From Chrysomallon squamiferum (Eukaryota; Animalia; Mollusca): a DNA stretch of 64,000 bases. Of the stretch, positions 1 through 34,600 are shown one piece after another (position 1 is the first letter of the stretch; each line of letters opens with the position of its first letter). The stretch lies in NCBI GenBank assembly GCA_012295275.1, contig CM022679.1:16678001-16742000 (forward strand). The letters run 5' to 3'. A program made the translations under genes and the position numbers. The notes under the pieces were generated by a model. It had not been told where the DNA came from. It worked only from the letters and a program-made list of their open reading frames with translations, and searched no databases.

Positions 1-82
1 AACAATAGTTAACAAATAAATAAATAATAATTAATGAAATAAATATATATTGTTTTGGATAGTGTGAAATTATCATAAATAC

Positions 83-22546
<22,464 letters not shown>

Positions 22547-24374
22547 TATTTGACAAAAAGTTATATTTTAACATCCTCTTTGTATAGTAAACATTGAACA
22601 CCACTTCTGTTGATTTCCATAAACCTGTGAACAGAACAGTCTTCCCGTATGCAAATGAGAAACGATAGAGCCGGTCACTTCCGGAAAAGCAGACAAAGTG
22701 TCCGTGACGTCAGTGGGATAGTCGTTTGTAGTTAGCGCAGGCCACTTTTATCAAGTATAAATAATTTTTACTAGCTAATCAAAATAACAAAGAGCACTTT
22801 GCATGCTAAATATTTAATCAATTGCAACTGAATATGATAAATATCGAAAATGACTGATATTAAACTGGATTAAAATAAATATGTATTAACGCGCAATTTA
22901 AAAGAAAAAAATAAGAAGAACATGAAAAAGACACTATCTTGTTGCTCCCATTTATTAATATGAAATTTAAAAATAATTATATACTGGGTTTAAAATGAAA
23001 AACACATAAAAACATAAGTTTTACATACATTACATCATTTTTTAAAAATGCTTTGATTGTTTTTAATGTAATTAATCATATTTTTTATTGAATAGTTTCG
23101 AATCTCATAATAATCAAGTGCAGGAGATGCAGTTCATGGACAAATACTCACAGCAAAGGAAATCTGAAGGATGATATAGATATCCACTGCAATAGGCAAA
23201 GGTTATAAATTGAATCAAATATTTGAAGCTTTGCAGGGCCTGATAATTATATTAAAAAATGGGTATTAAATGTTTATTTTATCTCTTTTTCTTTTCTTCT
23301 TTTATTCCCCAAAATTATGTAAAACAAAATAACAATACTATAATAAATGGGTTTGGATATTTTTATTAAAATGTTATTTTATATTACACAAATGGATTTT
23401 AATTTAATAACTAGGCTAACTAAGAGAATTTTAAATATACTTTATTTAAATTAATAAATTTCATTCTATTGTTATTAATTTCTCTGTGTGTATGTGCAGA
23501 GAGGTGTATTTTTGGATGTGAAATAAAAAAATAAATAGCATTCAGAATAGGAGCTAGTTTCATGATTTAATCAACCAGGGAATAAATGTAAAATAATTAC
23601 AAATATTCGTGCTCCAAATTTTTCAATCTTGTTTTCCCAATTTCAAATCTTTTAAAATATATTTACACACCGTAATGACAATTTCATTAAAAATTGTTAT
23701 GCATCATAAACATTTGTTTTAAAATAAATGATGTTAAATCCAATAGTATCTATGAAAACAATTCTTGAAACTAGCCAAATCAAAAATAACGTCACATATG
23801 TAAAAATTTAATGATTTAAAAAATAAAAATAATTATTGTTCTTAGCCAATTACCAATTTATTTTATCCTTTTTATTTCATATACATTATTGAATTTCAAC
23901 AACAGTAAAATATATTATAAAACGTATGTCATCGTTTCTATCAAACAAAATCTCCAATATAAGTCAAATAAAATTCTTTTTAAATAAATCAAGATTTAAC
24001 AAGAAATTCAAGAATTATTGTAACCTCCTTTACAATAACAAATTTTAATTTATAAAGATACAAAATGACATTCACAAGATGTAGGTGTTGTCCAAGTTTT
24101 TCATAATCTCTTGGACCCACCTAACTATCTACCCATCAGTGTTTAGAAGTATAGTACACACATAATCAGTGTATAGTTAGTTATCAAAGTCTTGCTTGTG
24201 AATGTAATACAATGATAACAGCAGGTGATGTTTGAAATCTGCAGCTTTCTTTGATTAGATGCATCAAAGGAAAGGCAGATCTTGGTCAGCATAGTCTGTT
24301 ATTTCTAAGCTGAAGTTATATATATATATATGTCGCTGGACAAGCCTCCTTATACAGCAGTAACCATCTAGCTG

Positions 24375-26236
24375 TCATCGGAATTGGTAAATAGGAATAC
24401 TTTTGTTAGCTACGTGGATGAGACACAAAGACTGGAACCTGAAGAAATAAAATTCAAAAATAAAGAAATATACAGTCATCTATAATAATTCAGGAGTCCT
24501 GTTTTTTTGGTTGTGTTTTTTCAAGAAAGTAAATCATCTTCATCAGAATCTATCAAAATACTTAATATTTTAAAATTATTTATTTGTGTAAGATAAACCT
24601 CAACAAATTTATATTATCATAAAAACAACAAAAGTAATTACCACATGACATATGATTCTAAAAAGAGACAGGTCAGTTGTTCTTTACTAAATGAATAACG
24701 CAGAAAGACAATTAAATATTGTAAACCATGTGTCATATAAAACCACACTAGAGAGTAACTAATTTCATAGATTATTTAACACTTACCATTCTGAGCTTTT
24801 GTGAAAATAGTATCCTTCAATAGAGTTGGTTGATTTTTGGAAGCAGATATAATAAAACCCAGCAAACGATGCTCCACTGATGTCTTTTATTGTATGATCA
24901 GGAACCAAGAAATGTTCCTGAAAGTTACATCATATAATTAAGTTAATCACTTTATATCACATCAAAGCTTTTAAAACAAAAAACAGAAGCTACTAAAAAC
25001 TATTTCAACTGGTTGTGCCAATTTTCTACTAAAAGACAAACATTTTTTAATATAAATCTGAAGCTACTTACTATAAGTAAGTTAGCCAATCTCTATCTAT
25101 CCAAAATTTATCAAATCTATTTTATCTTGTCACAAGAAACAAATATCTGCTGTTCCCCATGACCTCCTTGGTCCTGAATTTTAATTATTCAGTAAAATTA
25201 AAATAGACATCCATCTTTAATAATATTAAAATAAATAACAATAAAATATTTAGAATTACCTTCCATCTCATGAAAACATAGTCAGTGTTTTTAAGTTCAT
25301 CATAATCAAATGAATCATTGTTGAAATTTTTAGCAAACTGATAAAATGAAAGGAATTTTCCCTGCAATTCACAAATAGTTTTTTAACATAATTATAAATC
25401 AAGTCTATAAATAACATTAAACATTCTAAATAAAATTTGGAAAACATTTTTCATTAAAATGCTGATATAAAAAGTCACATATTTAGCTGAAGAATATTAC
25501 CTGTGTTAAAGTTAAAATTAATAAAATTGGTGTGACTTTTTGAAAGGTTATTTCAAAATAAATAGCAAAATTAGTAATTCTTCATTAATTCTAATGGTGC
25601 AAAATGTTGTTAGTGAATAATTCAGATATCTCAGTTATTACCCAGTGCTTTCTATCGACTTCTTCATCAGCATCCCATTTTCTTGTAAGAAAAGGATGCT
25701 TTTCACTGATTATTTCACCATCAAAGAATGTTGTTAGGGTTGGAAATTCTTCTGTCAGACCACTAATCTTAAGGTAACCACAAAGGTAGGAATTAACCAT
25801 ATCAACGTACTGAAAATGTGAAATGAAACAGTTGCTTTTATATATATTTGAAATTTGATTTATTTTGAATCCAAGTTCTCTCATAAATATAATTAGTAAT
25901 ACACATTCAATTGAGAAAAATTATTGAAATTATAATATTTACAATATATTATACATATGGTAACAGAGTATTTTTTTCTATGTTTCTAAATACTGTTGCA
26001 TATTAGTTATCCTACAATAAAATCTAGACATAAACTTTAACTTATAACTAAAAGTTAAAACCAGAAAAGGCGAAGAGTGACAACAGGTGAATAACCTGTA
26101 AAACAACTTCAACATCGTAACAATTGCCCTTGCTCTTCTGGTGCCCTCGAAACGTTGAACCGTTGTAAATAACATCAGTTGTTACACCTGGCTGTACTGA
26201 GTTAGCTGGAGGTGGAGGATCTAGTGGTACGGGCAT
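24375..26236 (-). CDS. GID4: GID/CTLH complex subunit 4 (Pro/N-degron recognin, Vid24 family), 201 aa, 5 exons
   Basis: Exons 26236-26096, 25809-25642, 25361-25260, 24917-24787, 24438-24375; 606 nt, GT-AG, phases consistent, ends in TGA. Motifs [81 protein letters not shown] and C-terminal YQFR are characteristic of GID4. Confidence 0.96.
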
Positions 26237-26374
26237 TTTCGTGCCAATGTTTTACGCACAAGGAATAAATAAATGTCAAACCGGGCTTATATGTTAAATG
26301 TTTTATGATTCGCTAATATCTACATCCGATTCAAGCAAACCAATGGTTATTCAGTTAATTGACATTTAAGGAAA
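26237..26374. promoter_or_regulatory. Very compact bidirectional promoter, GID4 <- -> ATPAF2
   Basis: Only 138 bp separate the divergent start codons. Locally CpG-rich, CCAAT at 26340-26344, YY1-type AAAATGGCGGC overlapping the ATPAF2 ATG. Confidence 0.8.
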
Positions 26375-29300
26375 ATGGCGGCGCCCATAGTTTCCACGAT
26401 GCGGCATTCCTGGTCGTTTATTTTACCCGTTTATCACATATGTATGAAACATTTAATGAAAAATGTTCAGAATCGTTATGCACATTCTTCATTCAGAGGT
26501 ATCTATTTTTAGAATAAATTTAACAGAAGTAACAAACTGATGTTCTAAATATTATATTTATTAATATCGTAATGTAACCAAAATAAGTCAGTAACCTTAA
26601 ACCTTTTGTCACCAACCTCCAGTGGCTTATCCAATACTTCGTTTGCATTTTTTGACGAAAGAAAATTGTTATAAATAATCAGAATAATATTATAATAATG
26701 AAACGACAAATTTGAGAAACCATTAAATTAAACGTGTGCGATTATTACATTTTAGTAGATATTTTCGGATAAAAATGTTAGTAATAGTAAAGTAATACTA
26801 ATAGTTATAGTATTAGTATGTTACGTACTATACTGAATACCGTGCACGGTGAATACCATTAACGATTAAGTACTGTGTGATGGATATACTGTTATACAGT
26901 TACAATATTATTAAATATTATTTTTCTGTTAATTTAGTTTTCAAATAGATTATTATTTAACAAAAGGGGACATTTTTTAATACTTTCTAAAAATCAAAAC
27001 TGTATTTTTAAACACGAAAATTATTTTTCAGAATTAAAGAAATTCTACAAGAATGCTACAATAACAACATCTGAAGGTAAGTTTAATTTAGAATTTGTTT
27101 TCCTTGAAGCAAGTGTTTCATAATTTACTTTTAAGAGATTTCAATTAATTTGAAATAAAATTATTTTTTCACTTCTTTCACAAGTACAAGAGTACCTAAT
27201 AATTTCTTTTATACTTGCACATATTTTAGGATGGTATGAAATAAATTTAGACAAAAGAAAATTGCGATCACCTGGAGGTAAAATATTCCGAGTTCCAAAT
27301 GAAGCTTTGGCACTGGCTGTGGCAACAGAATGGAATAAACAAAAAACACATATCAGACGGCATACAATGCACTTGGTAAATTATTCATTTTGTTAAAGAT
27401 ATTTTAAAAGAAATACTGATGTGCATTCAAATTTGGAATCTGTAATTAAATTGGTAAACCAAGACAGTGAATAATTTCAGTATATTTATTATTATTTGTA
27501 AATTCATGGTGCGTATTTCCATCTTTTGATCAAAGATCATATTTAAAGTATTTGCAGCATGATTTCCATTAATATTTATCAGAACTGTTTTTAACTAGTT
27601 TTTTTATTTTATTTTTTTCAGACAGCTTTATGTAATACTGCAATAGACAATCCAATGCATCGAACAAGAGAGAATATAACTGAATCCATCATCTACTTTT
27701 TAGAAACAGATACAATTTGGTTTGTATAACTGTTTATTATAATAGTGACACAATACATTTATTTATTTATTTTTGTAATTTATTTAGTAATTAATTATTG
27801 TTGTTCATATTCAATAGTTTGTTTGACCATTTGTTAATATTTTTTAAAAACTATCATGTTTGATTTATTTAGTAGAAGTATTGTTAAACATTTCAAGTTA
27901 ACGTAAAATATTTTTTATAGTGCAGTATTCAGAAAGTTCTTACCAAAGTTAAAACCAGGAATGAAAAGAAAATGTTTTATGGATCTCCAAAAAGTAGTTT
28001 AAAATTACCCAAGGATGATTTGTATTTTAACCTATAGCTTTGGTGTCCGTGAGAAATGTTGAATTTATTTCAGTTACAGATTGATAGAACCACCAGAGTT
28101 ATATGAACTGATGTGCAATGAATGGGATCCTTTATTACAGTGGGCAAAAAACAGGTACAAACAAGATTTAAGAAGAATGAGTTACTATGATATTTACTTT
28201 GTCATTATTATTTTTGAAATCATCACTAATTGTATTAACTATTTTCAGTCTGTGATACAGTGACTTATTCATTTTTATTCTTCTATATTTTTTATTTTTT
28301 TCCCACTATGATTATTTAATAGAGGTGAACAATGAATATCATTTAATGTCTGAGTGATTTAATACTCCATGTTATTTTAGTTTATCACAAAATGTATTAT
28401 ATGTGAAATTAAGTCAAAAAATATTATAGTTAAATACTTGTAAAATCTGACAATTTTTAACTTTGTATTGTTAATACATTTAAAATATTACAGTTTTAAT
28501 CCTTTCTATGTATTATTTCTAATTATTTGTACCATTTTATCACATTTTTACATGTGTTGTTGTTAGATACTTGGAAAATATTATGGTTTTCCTTATGCTT
28601 GTAACACTGATAGTTATTAAACAGACATGGCATTGAGATAGAACCTACAACAGGATTTACCACACCTGAAGTTTCACCTGAAACAGTTGAAACAATCAGA
28701 CGATATTTGCTGTCATACAGTGACTGGGCATTGTTTGGTTAGTATTTCTGCTATGTCTCTAGGCAGTATGAGGTTAAATCTTTTATTTTTAAAAATCCAG
28801 CTATGTATGTCATAGCAAAAACATTCACCTATTCACCATACAACTTGCTGCAAACCAATTTATACATCTAAATGAGCAGTATCTTCTAGCTTAAATTTTA
28901 TCACAGATATCTTTAACATCTTTATAATATATGTGTTGTATAACATTTTGTTTCTTGACATTTTTGTGTGTGTGTGTAGCTGCAGACATTTAATTAATTG
29001 CATACAGTGAACATTTCTACACGGTTAAATTATAAAAATTAAATTTGTTGTATCTATCAAATAAAAATTCATAAAACTGTATATCAATTTCTGTATCAGG
29101 AAATGCATTATATTTTATGCTCCGTGTTTACTCTGTTTTAATTAATTTCTAGGTATCCATTATGCTGTTGATGCTATCAAGTCACTCATCATTATTATGG
29201 CTTTGTTGGATCGAGAAATCAGTGTTGAAAAAGCTGTCAATCTGGCGAGATTGGAACTTGAGTTCCAGGTACGATGTTTAATAAAAATTGTTTTTAAAAT

Positions 29301-30651
29301 ATATCTTTGATTGTATGAACAAATGATGGTAATACATTTAGTCTTCATCCAAGAGATTATTTCCTTTACTTCTCATTATCTATGTTACTAATAAAATACT
29401 TCAATACAAAAACCCATTCTTGAAGAAGCTCTTATATTGACATTTCCCATTTATCTTGACATTACGCCTGACAGACTGAGAATGTGCCAATGATTAATGA
29501 GTTTTTATATAGCCAATTCAAAAATATTTCACAACCTTGGGGTTTTTTCATTATCAGAAAATACTTATTTATTTTTAAAAAACACAAAAAACAGACACAT
29601 GAAAAAAGAGATAAGGTCTATTTATTTCCAAAAATAGAGGTAACCTTTAATATTTAAAAACTTGAATAAACAAAATACAGTGGTACTTCAACGTACGAGT
29701 TTAATTCAATCTGTGACCAATCTTGTAACTCAATTTGCAATTTTCCCAACTGAAATTAATTGAAATACTGTTAATCCATTCCAGCCACCCAAAACCACCC
29801 AATTTTTTGTAACATGTTTTTAGATAAGAAAAACATATTTATAAATGACAAATAAAAAACAAAATAAAAGAGAATGTAAAGAAATAAATTGGGTTTGTAA
29901 AGTGTATTTATACTGGAGATCAGACACATTATTTTAACTTCTTTGGCTGGAGTTACAGCCTTTACCAACTCCTGCTTCAGTAGCTGATACTGCTAGCCAA
30001 GTTGACTACATGCACACCTCACTCATGTTTTTCTATGATTTCATGCTTTAATTCATTGGACATCATCTGTTTCTTCTTCTCAGCACTGTCCTTTGCACTC
30101 ACTTTCTTACGATTCATGTAAGAGAAAAGTAATTTGACAAAATACTGCACAAAATGTGAGCACAACACAACAGAGATGCTTTCGCGGCCAGGTAACCTCA
30201 TGAAGTAAACGTGAGATGTGGGATGCTGGCCTGATGTTGTGTTGTTCATTGCGCCAACAAGCAGTGGTGTATGTGAAGCTTGCTCGTAACTTGGATTTTG
30301 GCTCGCAACTTGAAGTAAAATATCAACCAAGCAACTGCTTGTAACCTGGAAATCTCAAGTTGGGGCCTCACAAGTCAAGGTACAATTGTATATTATTGTG
30401 CAAACAATTTTCCTGTTAATTAAAAACTTTAAAATATTTTCATGAAATGTTTGATTCTTCCATTGTCTCTTTATTTTTTATTTTTGTATTTTATTTTATT
30501 GTTTTTTTATCTACAGATAAAGAAATGGGGTAATGTGGAGTGGTATCATGATCTGGATCTTCATGAACTAAGAACCAGACTTTCTGCTGCTACTTTATTC
30601 ATACACTGGTGTAGTGAAAACAGTTCTGTCAAGAAAAAAGCTCAGTTGTGA
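26375..30651 (+). CDS. ATPAF2: ATP synthase mitochondrial F1 complex assembly factor 2 (ATP12 family), 285 aa, 8 exons
   Basis: Exons 26375-26498, 27032-27076, 27230-27375, 27622-27719, 28074-28154, 28625-28737, 29153-29268, 30517-30651; 858 nt, GT-AG, phases consistent. Motifs KKFYKNA, EINLDKRKLRSPGG, ALALAVATEW, MHLTALCNTAIDNP, FLETDTICYR, ARLELEFQ, KWGNVEWYHD. Exon 1 is basic and has no acidic residues, like a mitochondrial presequence. Confidence 0.96.
29678..30388 (-). mobile_element. Decayed, internally deleted Tigger/pogo-like DNA transposon in ATPAF2 intron 7
   Basis: Ends are TA|CAGTGGTACTTCAACGTACGAG and CTCACAAGTCAAGGTACAATTG|TA: degenerate 22-bp TIRs (14/22 match) flanked by TA. 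The minus strand encodes MNRKKVSAKDSAEKKKQMMSNELKHEIIEKHE*GVHVVNLA and then KQELVKAVTPAKEVKI, resembling the N-terminal HTH region of TIGD1/Tigger-like transposases. Confidence 0.8.
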
Positions 30652-31677
30652 CAAAATTGTCATAAGTGACTTTGCTTTGTATGCATGTTTATAGAGAAAG
30701 AGAAAATTAAATATAACAAGAAACTGTTTACATAACTTAAAGTGTTGAATAAATTGTTAACTTCTGAAGTTGATAAATACTTTTTGGAAAACCTGTTAAT
30801 TTCAAAACCAAGAGCACCAATATTTCACTGATACAGAATTCTACTTCTGTCCTTTATATCTAGAAGGGAAAGAAAAGAATAAAAAGGATTAAATGATGTT
30901 ATTGGAATTTTCTGTAAAAAATTTATTTTATTACAAGCAATTAAAGTTCATACAAAACAATAAAATAATAACTTGGAAAGAATTTATTAGACACAGGTAC
31001 ACTTAAAACATTTTTAAAATATTGATATTAACATCAATAAATTATTTCAGAAATGTGGATGTAAAGAAAGATATATAAATAAAGAGAGAAAACAAATACT
31101 GACAGCATTTAAAACATTTATATCATTTGTACATTAATGAAATAATAAAAAAAAAATGTTTTCATAAAAAGTATATGGAAAAATCATGTGAGAGATGATT
31201 CTATAACATTTCCCATAATATTTGACATTAGATAGCATAAATATTGTGAAATAACTTGTATTAAACATCTTTTATTTCTTGATGCACTGTCAGGTAATAT
31301 TGTATAGTGGTATAAACTGTTTGAATTATTCCAAGTTGGTGACTGTGTTGGTTCTGGAACATTGGCATATAACTTTCTTCTTCTCATAGACAGCAGTTTT
31401 TAATTTTGAATCATAACCATTTCTTCTTGTGTCTATACAAGATAATGGTGACAATACATCAACCTAATCTAAACATTTACATTCAGAAATATTAAATTGC
31501 TTTTATCTGTTTTTGCTCTAAAGCCACAGTAAGTTAAATTGTTCTTTCCTATTTTCAAAAATGGCTTCATTGATGTTTGCAATTACACATGTCTTAAATT
31601 GTGTATCTTTTCATCCCTCTCTCTTTGTTCTTTCAAGTATGTTTTAATATTTAACTTTGTTTGTTTTGTTTGCTGGC

Positions 31678-34600
31678 TTAGTACACTGGGCCTGCACCTG
31701 TACCTGTTTCCAGCAGGTCAATTTCTTCACGCAGATGATCAATGAGATGATTAATTTCAGCCACTCTCGTCCGATTTCTACGGATTTCTTCCTCCTCATG
31801 AATTTTATCCACCATGTTTTTCAACCACTGATTTACCCTGGTTACCATGTCATCCTCTTTGTTGTCTATTTTCAGAAGATGAACATCATGAGATGAGGTC
31901 ACTGCATTGTTAATTGTGTCTTTATCCACAAATAGCTGAAACAAATTAGTAAAAGTATTGAAATTAGTTTTGCAATTATTTTCATGGACTGCCTGCTTCA
32001 AAAAAGTCAATGTACTTTTTGATGATAGATATGCCTTGTTATCTCAGGAAATGATCAACAGTTAACTAAAATATTTTCCCTAAACTAAAAAATTAATCTC
32101 AAATCTTACAACTCTGATGTCTTCTGGTACTTCTTTTTCATCAACCTCATTTTTGATAACTTTCTCAAGAGTTATCATGGCCATCTCCATCATGGTCTCA
32201 TGATGTAGATTCTCAAGATCTCGACATTGTGTTAAATATCCCTGAACAGTCTCTATAAACGTGGACACCAAGTCTTGCATGTTCCTCTCAAAGTCTTTTA
32301 TCACTTCCTGAAATAAATTGTTATTATTAATACAAGATTTATTTTTGAAATTATCAAATAAAATAATGAATAATAATGCTGATAACGTTAAAAGTTTGTT
32401 TTATAAATCACTTCTAAATGCTGATCTGATCAAATTAGTGCTCCCTATTCTATGATTCAAGTTTCTTCTTTCATCAGATAAAAATTAACTAATTACCTGT
32501 ATCATACCATATCATGTCCTATGCTTAACATCACAAAATAATTTAATTTAAAGTTTCCAAAACAATTTATGAAATAAGAATTGAAGCAAAACAAAAACAG
32601 AAAAAAAAACATAAAACAAAAAATTAACAAATAAATTCAGAAACTATTTTAACAAATAGATATTAACTAATTTTTAGTTTAACTCTTTTTGATACATGAT
32701 TAAACCGAACCTCTAACTGATCAACCAGTTGTAGTTCCAGTCCCATCAGGTTGTCCCACAATTCAGTTATCTTCTGTTGATAATCATGCAACACTGTTTC
32801 AACATTTGTGTCTGTCATATGTACAAGTTTCTCAAATGTCTGTAAAAAAAAAAATTCAATTATTTACATTTATTCAAAATAGAGTGACAAGTCGCAAATC
32901 TGAGTTTGATAAATCTAATCACTGATCTTTGTAAAGATTTAATTTTTTTTTTTTTTTTTTTAATTGCCTCAGCTATTGTTATTTCCAACATATTGCCTTC
33001 AAAAGAAATGCTACATTTTTCTATTAGTGGAAAGAAATTTCAAGTGCTCCATGTTTTAGACAGGAAAGCTCATACCAAACTGTCTGATACCAAAATCTGG
33101 AAAAGAAAATACCCTGGTTGGTGCAGATTGAGCCAAGACACACTAAACTACAACAAGCTGTCTCTAATATATCTTAAACTTGTATTACCCAAGCTTTGCA
33201 ACTATCATGTCTGCTGAGGCATTTTATCAATCACTCAAGGCCTTGTTAAAAATAAATAACAATGACTGGCGCAAACTCAGGCTTGCTAATGTCTGTGTTC
33301 AAATGCACTGACAGACGAAGGAATGACCAAACATTTTCTAAGAAGATTTGATGCTGGAGCCTAATGAAACTAACCTGTTTCTTTTCTTCCAAGAAAGTCT
33401 CAATGGTCTTCATCCCAACAATTTTGTTTTGTTTCTTAGCATCTTCAATGCATTCCCAGAAACTGGCCACCTCTTCATTTCTTTTCTCATGCTCCTTGAG
33501 ACCATATTTGAAAATTTCCAAACAGACTGCATTAAACTTCTTTCCATAAGTATGATTGTTACGGTGCAAACAACTTGGTAAATGTTTCATAGTGAATGTA
33601 AAAATATTTTTAAAAATGTCAAATTAAAAGTAATTTTTAAAACAATTTTTTAGAAAATTTATCTGAGATATATGCTAGTATGAATTATAATCATTATCAG
33701 AATGTTAGTGTTTTTTCCACTGAATTGATGATTTAATGTCTGAGTAATGAGAAATTTACAATGAGGCTCGAGAAAATTCACAACACTGAATGAACATACG
33801 ATAAACACTTCAGTTTAGTAGTAATGGTTATTAGGTTTTAAATATATAATTTTTTCAAAACAAACTGTGAAGCCCAGTGGGCAATTTTTATGGATTATGG
33901 CAAGAAATCTATAAACTCTTGCTTGGAATGAATGAAATTCTTGATTTTGTCCTTCCATTCACTCATGTTACTCTGTTTCTTACTCATTCCTTCTGTCCCC
34001 TCTTTTTTTTTTTTTTTTTTTTTTATTGTTTTCATCTTTAACTCACTTTCTTGAAATTAAAAAGTATCTATATAAAAAGGATATTCATCAACCATTTCTT
34101 TAATTTGAGGCATCATGTTCAGTTTCTGGCCTTCAGAATCCTCAGCATACATACTGTTAAACAAGGTGGAATCATTCAGGTGTTCTACATAGGCAGCCTT
34201 AAACAAAAAATATATATATATATATATCAGTAACAATTCAAAATTTTAAATAAAAGCTGACAAGTCACAATATAATGTATGGGTTTAAACAATATTTAGT
34301 ATAAATGTCTTAATTACTGATATACTGACTTCTTATTGGTTGTAGGGTATAATTATTATTCTAATTCACTATATTTGTAAGAATAAATCTGTTTGAAGCT
34401 TTCCTAAAATAACCTGTATCACAAGGTAAAAATTTTGAAACACATTTCATGTTATTTTATCAGTAAATTGTTAAATATTGCCTAATATAATCTAATTCAA
34501 ACCTAAAAGTGTCACAGTTATATAATCATTAAATAATCCAATAAGACTATTTTCACCTTGTGAAGTTCAAGTTCTTTTTGTTCACTTTCAAGCTTCTCCT

